Part shown: positions 19,797-28,263 of the stretch, piece by piece
Layout: every line of letters starts with the position of its first letter
Position numbering within the stretch: position 1 is the first letter of the stretch
From: a virus
Length of the DNA stretch: 64,000 nt
IMG/VR virus record: IMGVR_UViG_3300025288_000013
Span: 1 to 64,000 of that record
Reading direction: 5' to 3' (one strand)
The notes under the pieces: generated by a model
Told to the model about the DNA's origin: nothing
Databases searched by the model: none
The model's input: the letters and a program-made list of their open reading frames with translations, nothing else
Made by a program: the position numbers and the translations under genes

Positions 19797-21440
19797 TTAA
19801 TTTTTGTATATTTTCTTACACAACCGTTTGTATCTGCTCTGTATTATCATTTTATTGCCATGCAATTTATATAGAATGTCTTTGTGAAATTCTATGTTTA
19901 TGTTATCAATCTTTTCACTCTCTATTTCATATAATATGTTTCCATGCATATATACCATTCTATCAAACGAATAGCCATATCTAACAAATTCATTGTCATA
20001 TATCAACGAAAATTGAGATTTTAACGATTTTATTAATAGTGTAGGATTTTGTGACGTGACACTACATATATATACATATCTTTTGACCAGTTTTGTTATT
20101 CTTTGGTGAGACATTTCTTTTATCATTTTGCTTATCTGACTTTTTGAAAGATCAAACAACTCTGAAATTTTTTTGAAACCATATCTGTATTCTAAACCAA
20201 AATCGCAACTCATTAACTTATAATATTGTTTCGGTGACATAACTAATAGGTTATTCAAATATTCGATATCCTTTATTTTTATATAAATTGGATCACAACA
20301 TGAATGTGAAACGTCTATTGAATTATTTATGCTTAGTCTTGGCACATTATAATTTTTTATCAACAACGATATGTTTTTATCCAGAACACAATGATTTTTT
20401 GATATCATATCATCTGTTTTATCATCATAATACTGATTTTCTGATATCATGTTTCCCATTTTTCTTATTGATTCGGCATTTTTCTTGAAATTTTTTTTTC
20501 TATTTATGTTAGAATGTAGTGATGAAATTTCCCCCAAAATGCTCCTGTTCTGCACTTCTAAAATGTTTTTGTTGTCAATAGCTATATTTTTGTTGTTCTT
20601 CAATCTTTCCTCTATTATGTTTGTTTGTCTGTCTTCAATGTTTATTAGTCTAACGCCAAGCCTAATAACGGAGTTATTTTTGTTTTTAAATAAATGGTGA
20701 TATAAATTTTGCGGATTAGACCCCCTTATTCTGTTGAAAACATAACGATACACAGAGTTAAATTCACTAGATTTTTTGTTACCAACATATTTGTTTTGTA
20801 CGCTGTAATTGTTTTCTGTTAAGACAAAATAATCGCCATTTTTTGGTAGTTTCTTTTTCTTTGACATAGAAAATTCTCTGTTCATTGATCTTTTTATGTT
20901 CATTGATATTTTTCTTTTTTCCAAATGTTCAGCATATTTTATGTATATGTACCTAAGAACATATTGGACATACTTAAAATCAAAATTTTCTGCGGTCGCA
21001 GAAGCCATGTCATTGTTGTTGAGTTTTAAAACAGAATCTATACCATTTTCACAATAATATGTGTTATATTCCTCCAAAACTTTTATACAAAGTCTATTCA
21101 GTGATATCAATCTTAGGGTTTTGTTATCTTTATCAAATGTTGCCATACCACATTGTATCATATTTTGAATATACCTATAATAAGATCTATCAGATATGTT
21201 GAATTTTGTACAAATTTTGTTCTTTGTGTGTTGTGATTTATAGTTATTGATTGTTTTGTGCTTATACAAATTTGATATAAGTGTGTGGAACACATATGCT
21301 TTTTCCCTCGTGTCATTTCTTTTGTGTTTTAAAATATCTGGTAGATTGTGATATTCATCAGATAGTGAATCCATTAATTTTCTTCTTAAGCCACCATAAA
21401 TAAATGGCATTATGCCAACATTCATTCTTATTAATCCCAT
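19797..21440 (-). CDS. Basic DNA-binding protein with two putative (w)HTH regions
   Basis: ICTKFNISDRSYYRYIQNMIQCG and FKKISELFDLSKSQISKMIKEM; K/N-rich. Confidence 0.5.
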   Translation of the reverse strand: MGLIRMNVGIMPFIYGGLRRKLMDSLSDEYHNLPDILKHKRNDTREKAYVFHTLISNLYKHKTINNYKSQHTKNKICTKFNISDRSYYRYIQNMIQCGMATFDKDNKTLRLISLNRLCIKVLEEYNTYYCENGIDSVLKLNNNDMASATAENFDFKYVQYVLRYIYIKYAEHLEKRKISMNIKRSMNREFSMSKKKKLPKNGDYFVLTENNYSVQNKYVGNKKSSEFNSVYRYVFNRIRGSNPQNLYHHLFKNKNNSVIRLGVRLINIEDRQTNIIEERLKNNKNIAIDNKNILEVQNRSILGEISSLHSNINRKKNFKKNAESIRKMGNMISENQYYDDKTDDMISKNHCVLDKNISLLIKNYNVPRLSINNSIDVSHSCCDPIYIKIKDIEYLNNLLVMSPKQYYKLMSCDFGLEYRYGFKKISELFDLSKSQISKMIKEMSHQRITKLVKRYVYICSVTSQNPTLLIKSLKSQFSLIYDNEFVRYGYSFDRMVYMHGNILYEIESEKIDNINIEFHKDILYKLHGNKMIIQSRYKRLCKKIYKN

Positions 21441-21551
21441 AAATTAAAAACCATAGAGTTATTGTTGTGTTGCAACATATTGATAAATATGAAGTTTATA
21501 AAAATATGAAAAAAATCAATTAAATATTACATATCAAATACTTGGGGTCTT

Positions 21552-21740
21552 GTGGAGTTTAAAATATCTGATACTGATGTAAAAGTTTCAAAAGACATGT
21601 TCGTTTCAGAAATGTCAATGGTATTATCAACCTATGAATGTAGTTCTGTGATTGATCAAATGGTAAAAGAACTTGAAATAAATGGTTCTATGTCAGTAAG
21701 GAAAATAAAAACCAAAAAATTCACCATAAAATATAATTGA
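21552..21740 (+). CDS. Small hypothetical protein
   Basis: ORF coupled to the next gene. Confidence 0.4.
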   Translation: MEFKISDTDVKVSKDMFVSEMSMVLSTYECSSVIDQMVKELEINGSMSVRKIKTKKFTIKYN

Positions 21741-22027
21741 CCATGTTCGAAGTAATTTGTATAAACGATTCAAATAGACCAGATGGTATACCGATACCAA
21801 AATGGGTTAAAAAAGGAAATAAGTACACAGTTATAAAGATGGATCACTTAAACGTACAGAATAGGATTCTTGGATTTCAACTTGAAGAAATAGACTTATC
21901 AGATTGCTTTCCAATAACTTATTTTCTTGCTAGCAGGTTTGTACCAATATCAGATTTGGATAAAGAAGCCGAAGAAAAGGTTAAACAATTGTTAGAAGAA
22001 TCTTTGAGTACTGTTCATATAAATTAG
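21737..22027 (+). CDS. Hypothetical protein (SH3-like phage family)
   Basis: VICINDS...KGNKYTV...YFLASRF pattern common in small phage proteins. Confidence 0.55.
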   Translation: MTMFEVICINDSNRPDGIPIPKWVKKGNKYTVIKMDHLNVQNRILGFQLEEIDLSDCFPITYFLASRFVPISDLDKEAEEKVKQLLEESLSTVHIN

Positions 22028-22036
22028 ATCACAACA

Positions 22037-22058
22037 TAAAGCTTGGCACGATTTTTGC
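22037..22058 (+). promoter_or_regulatory. Sigma54-type (-24/-12) promoter, copy 1
   Basis: TAAAGCTTGGCACGATTTTTGC matches TGGCACG-N4-TTGC; identical 22-mer at 48964. Confidence 0.7.
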
Positions 22059-22095
22059 GGTGTATATTATATAAACCAATTAAATTTGTATAAAA

Positions 22096-22299
22096 ATGTA
22101 CAAAGCCCACTTATTTCAAAGCATTGGAAACAATAAACTTCATCCAAGCAGAACACAATGTGGAAGACGCCTATTTAGGAACAATAGAGGAACACATGTT
22201 GTCAAAGGAAAAGAATTTAAAAGACAATATGATGAAGATTCAACTGTTTTGTGTGAAAAATGTTTAGAATGGGCAAAAGAAAACGGAAAGATAATATGA
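22096..22299 (+). CDS. Small Zn-binding hypothetical protein
   Basis: AH...TQCG...CEKC pattern; first gene after the sigma54-type site. Confidence 0.6.
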   Translation: MYKAHLFQSIGNNKLHPSRTQCGRRLFRNNRGTHVVKGKEFKRQYDEDSTVLCEKCLEWAKENGKII

Positions 22300-23120
22300 A
22301 AAAATTTAATTCATTAAAAGATTTGTCGTCAATTTTATCAGATAAAGATAAAAAGGAAATAGAAAAAACATATATCAGTAAACAAAATAAACAAATACCA
22401 AAAATAAAGAAACTTGGTGTATTAAGACTTGTTAAAGAGGCGGTAGAAGATGATATCAATTCATATAAACAAGATGAATTGAGAGATATCAACGTTAAAT
22501 TGTTAAAAGATGTCTTGGATAGAAACAAGGACAACAAACCTTATGACAAGGAATCAATACACGAATATCTAACAGCATTAGGCTGCAAATACATTGTTTA
22601 TGATGATCTATCAGTTGACATCATTGGTGATATCAACATAATTGGTTTCAGAAATTTTATCCCAATAAAGTTTAAAAGCGTTACGAGAAATTTTGTTGTC
22701 AGGGGTGTCAGCATAACAACCATGAAAAACTTTCCAAAAATAATTGGTGGCAATTTGATCGTTTGTAATACTTTATTAAGAGATTTGTCAGAATTCCCAG
22801 AAGTTGTTAATGGGGACATAGATTTACATGGAAACAAAAAACTATTATCTGTTACATTTGGTTTACCAAGTGGTATCGGTAATTTGGATTTAAGTAATTG
22901 TGGTATATCAGTATTCATGCCATTTGATACAATAATTAATGGTAACATTAATCTTAGCAATAACCAATTGAGAACAATAAGTTTAGATTGTATAAACAAA
23001 TCAAGTTCAATAGATTTATCGAGCAATTTTATAATAACAAAGTTAAAAACTAATATAAGCATAGATTATTCTAATAACCCCTGTCAACCAGACGATTCAT
23101 ATGAATCAGCTATGTGGTAG
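22296..23120 (+). CDS. Leucine-rich-repeat-like protein
   Basis: Repeats such as FPKIIGGNL, FPEVVNGDIDLHGN, LDLSNCGI, INLSNNQL and IDLSSNFI. Confidence 0.7.
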   Translation: MKKFNSLKDLSSILSDKDKKEIEKTYISKQNKQIPKIKKLGVLRLVKEAVEDDINSYKQDELRDINVKLLKDVLDRNKDNKPYDKESIHEYLTALGCKYIVYDDLSVDIIGDINIIGFRNFIPIKFKSVTRNFVVRGVSITTMKNFPKIIGGNLIVCNTLLRDLSEFPEVVNGDIDLHGNKKLLSVTFGLPSGIGNLDLSNCGISVFMPFDTIINGNINLSNNQLRTISLDCINKSSSIDLSSNFIITKLKTNISIDYSNNPCQPDDSYESAMW

Positions 23121-23122
23121 TG

Positions 23123-24019
23123 TCACAGGACATTGTTCATAGTAAAACCAACAAGTTTATTATCAATTATATATTGATCACGTGCTTGTGCTGCATCAAA
23201 TTCATCAATAAAAGAGCCAATATGTTTTTGTTTATTGTTTACACAGATTTTTGATATGAATACCGAATCCCTTTTCGAATAATATATGCCAACATATTGA
23301 CTTGTTCTATTTTCTTGTTTTCTTTTATTTCTGTTTTGTATTGATAATGTTGCCCATCTACAATTTGATGGCTCATATCCTTTGTTATTATCAATTCTAT
23401 CAATAGTTAAATCTTTTGTCCACCCATTAGCAATTGACCAATCATAAAAGGCTTTAAAATCATTTTTCCACTCCTCACAAACAGTTATTCCACGACCACC
23501 ATATATTTTAAATGATTTATCGTTTTTATTGTAACATCTTTTTATCATACTGTTATATTTGACATATAACAGATGTTTGCTTAAACCATGTTTATATCCA
23601 TGATTTGACTTACCGAACCTTTTGCAACCACAAGACACAATATCGTTTGATGATACTTGATGTATTGTGGTTTCCCATTCATTTCCACAATGACACAAAA
23701 ATAATGCCTTTCTTTCTTCTCTTCCATCTGGTCTTTTGTATGGATTAACTTCTTTTATAAATTTTATGTTGTTATCCCCAATTTCTTGATCAATACAATA
23801 TTTTATTATGTTTGAACTATTTTTTCTGCACCCACAAGACTTTGTGATATCAGATTTTACTTTGGCTATAATTGCGGAAAAATTTTTGCCACAATGACAT
23901 AAAAATTTACCTCTTCTAAAGATTTTATTTTTTGGAGAAATATATGGTTCAATTTCTTTTATAAACTTTATATTATTATTACCCAATATTTGGTTTTGTG
24001 TATACTTTATTTTAGCCAT
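23123..24019 (-). mobile_element. Free-standing HNH/AP2 homing endonuclease
   Basis: Two FLCHCG...SCGC zinc-ribbon repeats, MIKRCY, YGGRGITVCEEW, TIDRIDNNKGYEPSNCRWAT and a C-terminal AP2 domain. Likely start MAKIKY at 24019. Confidence 0.85.
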
Positions 24020-24024
24020 ATTAA

Positions 24025-24053
24025 AATAACCAAAACAAATAGTTTTTGTTACA
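24025..24053 (-). promoter_or_regulatory. TGTAACAA-N15-GTT promoter (homing endonuclease)
   Basis: Exact motif just upstream of ATG 24019. Confidence 0.7.
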
Positions 24054-24066
24054 ATATCATTTTGTA

Positions 24067-24723
24067 TCAAAATTTAAGTTTTTTCTCACCACCCCTACGA
24101 AAAGGGTCTATATTAATGCTTCGTTTATAGAGAATATAAACAGCTCGAATGTCCTTTTTCTGAACAAATTTGCTTGGAAAAGTTGCCAAACGCCACCAAT
24201 CATAATACGTTAACAACAGCGGTTTGGAACTAATTCTTCCCATTATATAAGACCTAATAGCAAAGGAGAACCCACTACCCTTTAGATATTTTTTTAGATC
24301 AAAATAATTAGTGTTCAATTGTCTTTTGCTTACGCCAGATTTTGCAATATACTTATTAGCCATATCGATCCCACTTTGGTTGACCTCGACAATTTTATCA
24401 AGTATTTTTAACCGTATTTGTGGTGGTATGAACATTAATGCAAGAAACAATGGATGTTTAGTTGTTTGGTGATACCCAACGAATACCCCTATGGGAACGC
24501 TGTTCCAGAATAGTAATTCATCTTTGTATTTTGGATCAAAATAAAAAAAAGTGTAACATTTACCAATTATAAATTGTTTTGCTGATTGATTGTATTCTAT
24601 AAGATCAGCTTCATTTCTGCCAGAGTAATATAACTCTTCGAACCATTTTAAATTTCTATATGACATGGTTGATTCGTTTGTATAAGCTTTTAGCCTCTGT
24701 ATGGTTACGCTTGGTGACTCCAT
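24067..24723 (-). CDS. DNA end-protector protein (T4 gp2-like)
   Basis: GKCYTFFYFDPKYKDELLFWNSVP and FIPPQIR resemble gp2. Confidence 0.7.
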   Translation of the reverse strand: MESPSVTIQRLKAYTNESTMSYRNLKWFEELYYSGRNEADLIEYNQSAKQFIIGKCYTFFYFDPKYKDELLFWNSVPIGVFVGYHQTTKHPLFLALMFIPPQIRLKILDKIVEVNQSGIDMANKYIAKSGVSKRQLNTNYFDLKKYLKGSGFSFAIRSYIMGRISSKPLLLTYYDWWRLATFPSKFVQKKDIRAVYILYKRSINIDPFRRGGEKKLKF

Positions 24724-26285
24724 TAGTTATTTATGTGTTCAATGCCTAACGTTATTGATTCACTTATTACCTCCCCATCTTCAGTTGTAAAGTTATTTGA
24801 TGGTAAGGCTATTTCGTCAACATTTAATATTATGTTTCCTATTGAATCCAGCATGGAGTTTTGTTCAACAATGAACTCAACATAAACAGAATCGATACCA
24901 GCAATATTGTCAACTATTTTTATTATGTCACTTTTTGGTATTTTATTTGTCCTCTTCATAGAAAGCATATAATCGCTAATTTCCTTTCTTATATTTGATC
25001 TTAATTCGTCTATGTTTACTTGTAAGCCATTTGATCCGTTTCTAAATGCATCAGCCTTTATAATCATTGAGTATGACTTTATTGTTGGGTTATATATAAC
25101 AACATCTATGTTTTGACTTCTTTTCACGTTTATCATCTGTAGCAATCTGTCCTTTGTTGTGCTGTTCAACAATATCTTTTTGTGATTAAAATTAAAATAA
25201 TCCTCACTGTCACCAACTATGTTTATTAATTTTGGGAAAAGATATGTTTCAAACAAATTTGGTTGGTTATTGTTAAAAATTTTTACATCACCAAAAAGAT
25301 TAAGTTTTCTTAAGAAATAATCAAGACTTTTCATATCATGGATTATTCTGTTTTTGTTTGCGTTTGGTGCTAATAATTTTGTTTCCTCTATATCTTCTGG
25401 ATCCGAACCAAACAGCAATTCTTGTTCTGGTTTTATTAAGAAAAATCTTTTCATATCAACAGGCTCACCATTTGATTTGTAAGCCACATCTATAAACTCA
25501 AAGATTGGAAAACTCTCATTACCTTTTGACCCATGAATTATTGGATAAAAACACCTTATCTCATTACCAGCCAAAGGTATTTTTGAATTTATAGACTTGC
25601 CAAAAATAATGTCTATGCCGCCAGTCAAACCAGTTCTAACCATAACATTTAATTCTCCATAGACAAAATCTTCAATACCATCATGTATGTCAGCATTTTC
25701 TCCATTTACTTGTATAGTTATATGATTTGTATCTATCATATCACTTTTTGTTGGTATAGAATATGTTTGTATGTCCCGACCATTGCCAACAAATGTTGTT
25801 ATCTTCATTTCGCCCTGAATAACGTTCAGTGACATTTTTTTATCATTAATTATATCATATTTTATGAAGTCATCGCCCAAATTAACATAATATATCAAAT
25901 CGTTTTTTATACATCTTAATTTCATATAATTTGGAAGATATATGATATTTGTTAGTTCTGATAAATCAAGACCTTTGTTCAAAGATAAAGCAATTGAACA
26001 TGTTGCACCCGTGCCTCTATGGGCAGAGTGACCATTTAATTCAGCAAGACCATAGATTGATTCTCTTCTATTGGCTGTTTGATATGACATTTCATTTAAC
26101 GAATCTTTCACATAGTAAACAAGAATCTTAAGATGATTATTGAGAACCAATATTATTTGACCAAATGGATCAGAATAACTGAATATTTGTTTTATCTGTT
26201 TATATTTTTTTATAAAATGGTCAATAGTCTTATCTATGAGTTGTTGACCCTTTATATCCTTTTTATCTAAAAACTGTTGTGACAT
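24723..26285 (-). CDS. Baseplate wedge protein (T4 gp6-like)
   Basis: TANRRESIYGLAELNGH, IIFG...KIP and GSDPEDIEE; exact TATAAATA upstream. Confidence 0.75.
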   Translation of the reverse strand: MSQQFLDKKDIKGQQLIDKTIDHFIKKYKQIKQIFSYSDPFGQIILVLNNHLKILVYYVKDSLNEMSYQTANRRESIYGLAELNGHSAHRGTGATCSIALSLNKGLDLSELTNIIYLPNYMKLRCIKNDLIYYVNLGDDFIKYDIINDKKMSLNVIQGEMKITTFVGNGRDIQTYSIPTKSDMIDTNHITIQVNGENADIHDGIEDFVYGELNVMVRTGLTGGIDIIFGKSINSKIPLAGNEIRCFYPIIHGSKGNESFPIFEFIDVAYKSNGEPVDMKRFFLIKPEQELLFGSDPEDIEETKLLAPNANKNRIIHDMKSLDYFLRKLNLFGDVKIFNNNQPNLFETYLFPKLINIVGDSEDYFNFNHKKILLNSTTKDRLLQMINVKRSQNIDVVIYNPTIKSYSMIIKADAFRNGSNGLQVNIDELRSNIRKEISDYMLSMKRTNKIPKSDIIKIVDNIAGIDSVYVEFIVEQNSMLDSIGNIILNVDEIALPSNNFTTEDGEVISESITLGIEHINN

Positions 26286-26303
26286 ACCAAAATTTTCATT
26301 ATG

Positions 26304-26311
26304 TATTTATA
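26304..26311 (-). promoter_or_regulatory. T4-type late promoter TATAAATA (baseplate wedge)
   Basis: Exact T4 late consensus 19 nt upstream of the start. Confidence 0.6.
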
Positions 26312-26322
26312 CACATATACAA

Positions 26323-26351
26323 GAAAGGAGAGATATGATACCTCTCCTTTC
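26323..26351. terminator. Hairpin downstream of SSB, probable terminator
   Basis: GAAAGGAGAG...CTCTCCTTTC 10-bp stem. Confidence 0.55.
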
Positions 26352-26377
26352 ATGAGTTAATAGAAAAATAAAACTAT

Positions 26378-27535
26378 TTAATCTTTTGAGAATTCTGCAA
26401 ATTCATCATCCTCTTCTAATCCAGCTGGTAGTTCATCATTTTCAGCATAAACGCCATTATTTTCTGGTTCCACATTTGTTTCTGCAAATTCATCTGTGGT
26501 TTCTATCTCTTCAACTTCTTCTTCAACTTCTCCTTCAACTTCCATCTTCATACCACTTTTTGAAACTGTTTTACCAGATGCAACTGTTTTACCTGCACCA
26601 AAATAAGACTTACCATATGTCTTTTTATAAACAGTATCAAACACGTGATCATCTTCCAAAGTCATTCTAACAGATTCAATAATCATTTGCTCAAGTTCTG
26701 GCGTCCATTCTTTTGCTTCATAGTCAGCCAGATTTGGTGATTCAGCTTTTAGGTAGTTAAAAATGGCAACTACATATTCTTTTGATTTTTCAATCTTACC
26801 CTCGTATCCAGGGATTTTTAGGATAGTTGTGTTCTTTTGGAATTCAGATTGCTCATAACTTGTCATAGTTTTCTTTTGACCAGTTTTGTCATCTTCATAT
26901 TCTTTTTCACGAACATCAACAATAAAATTCACACCATCAAATGGGTGACTATAATTAACCCCAACCTTTTCAACAGATGGATCACTTGTTGTGACCTTTT
27001 CAATGATTTCTTCAACTTGTTTAGCAAATCTAAAGATTTTTACTTTTCCATTGAGGTCTGGTTGTATCGAATCTTTTATTATTTGAAATAAAGTGAAAGA
27101 ATACTGTTTTCTGCTGAAATGTCTTTTACCAAGAGATTTCAATGCTGGTGAACTTGAATTTCTACAATAGAAAAACGCCTTTGTTATGATGTTATCTCTT
27201 TGTCCCCAATTTGATGTACAATCAACAACCAATTTACCATCTGGGTTATCTGGGTTTGGTAAAAAGTACATGAATTTCGTTAGAACATTCAATTTTTTCT
27301 CTGGCGTATTAAAAGGATTTGGAACAAATCTTCCTAACGCTCTGTAATTTTTGTTTAATACACCATCTTGTGACAATGAAAGATTATAGATATTTTCATC
27401 ACCACCGCCAGAATCAGCTACTTCATGTACAACAACATCATCAATTGTGTTGTCCATTATGCCGCCAAATTCTAAATTTTCTTCTACTTGTTTTTTGACA
27501 GATTCTTTGCTGTCTTGCTTTTTTGTGTCAGCCAT
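26378..27535 (-). CDS. Single-stranded DNA-binding protein (T4 gp32-like)
   Basis: RFVP, GKVKIFRF, HPFDGVNF and SYEQSEF motifs; long acidic tail. Confidence 0.8.
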   Translation of the reverse strand: MADTKKQDSKESVKKQVEENLEFGGIMDNTIDDVVVHEVADSGGGDENIYNLSLSQDGVLNKNYRALGRFVPNPFNTPEKKLNVLTKFMYFLPNPDNPDGKLVVDCTSNWGQRDNIITKAFFYCRNSSSPALKSLGKRHFSRKQYSFTLFQIIKDSIQPDLNGKVKIFRFAKQVEEIIEKVTTSDPSVEKVGVNYSHPFDGVNFIVDVREKEYEDDKTGQKKTMTSYEQSEFQKNTTILKIPGYEGKIEKSKEYVVAIFNYLKAESPNLADYEAKEWTPELEQMIIESVRMTLEDDHVFDTVYKKTYGKSYFGAGKTVASGKTVSKSGMKMEVEGEVEEEVEEIETTDEFAETNVEPENNGVYAENDELPAGLEEDDEFAEFSKD

Positions 27536-27582
27536 GTTTTTAATTTTAATTAATATTATTGATTTAAATGATTTTACATAAA

Positions 27583-27611
27583 ATAAACCATGAATTATTA
27601 GGATTGTTACA
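27583..27611 (-). promoter_or_regulatory. TGTAACAA-N15-GTT promoter (SSB)
   Basis: Exact motif and spacing. Confidence 0.8.
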
Positions 27612-28263
27612 AACTATAAAACAAATAAAATTTTCTACCATTTATTATATGTTCAGATGATTTTCTCGTTGTATTTGATTTAATACAATCATACATGGCT
27701 ATTTTTTCTTTGTTATCAGATAAACTATCAAATTTATCATAAATATTTATAGAATGAGATTTGTCTTCCATGTTATCATAAAGATATTTACACAAATAAA
27801 AGAACTCCATATCATTAATGTCACAATTGTTTTTCGTGCCAGCATAAACGAATACGCCCATAGTGACAACACAATCATCCATTCTAAACCATTCTACAAA
27901 ATCGAGATAATCGAGATAATCTATAAAAGTTCTTATGCCATTCTCTTTTGTCTGCCCCCAAGTACCGTCACCAAATAATTCATATATTATTGTTTCACCA
28001 TCAGAGTCAACAACTATGTTGGTAGTGGTTATAATATCAAAATCTTCACTAACAGCCGTATTGTCAATAACACATATGTTATTAAAATCAAATTTTTTGG
28101 TTGTACTCACAACATTATATAAAATAAATCTATCATTATTAGACATTTTACCCATTGTTTTTTTGTCAAAGAATAATTGTAGATAATATGATATATAATC
28201 CAAATAAGGTTTATCATACCTTATCTCGTCAAGATTGTGATTATTTATATAATTTATTACCAA
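27607..28263 (-). CDS. Hypothetical protein
   Basis: Coupled to the polymerase gene. Confidence 0.55.
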   Translation of the reverse strand: MVINYINNHNLDEIRYDKPYLDYISYYLQLFFDKKTMGKMSNNDRFILYNVVSTTKKFDFNNICVIDNTAVSEDFDIITTTNIVVDSDGETIIYELFGDGTWGQTKENGIRTFIDYLDYLDFVEWFRMDDCVVTMGVFVYAGTKNNCDINDMEFFYLCKYLYDNMEDKSHSINIYDKFDSLSDNKEKIAMYDCIKSNTTRKSSEHIINGRKFYLFYSL

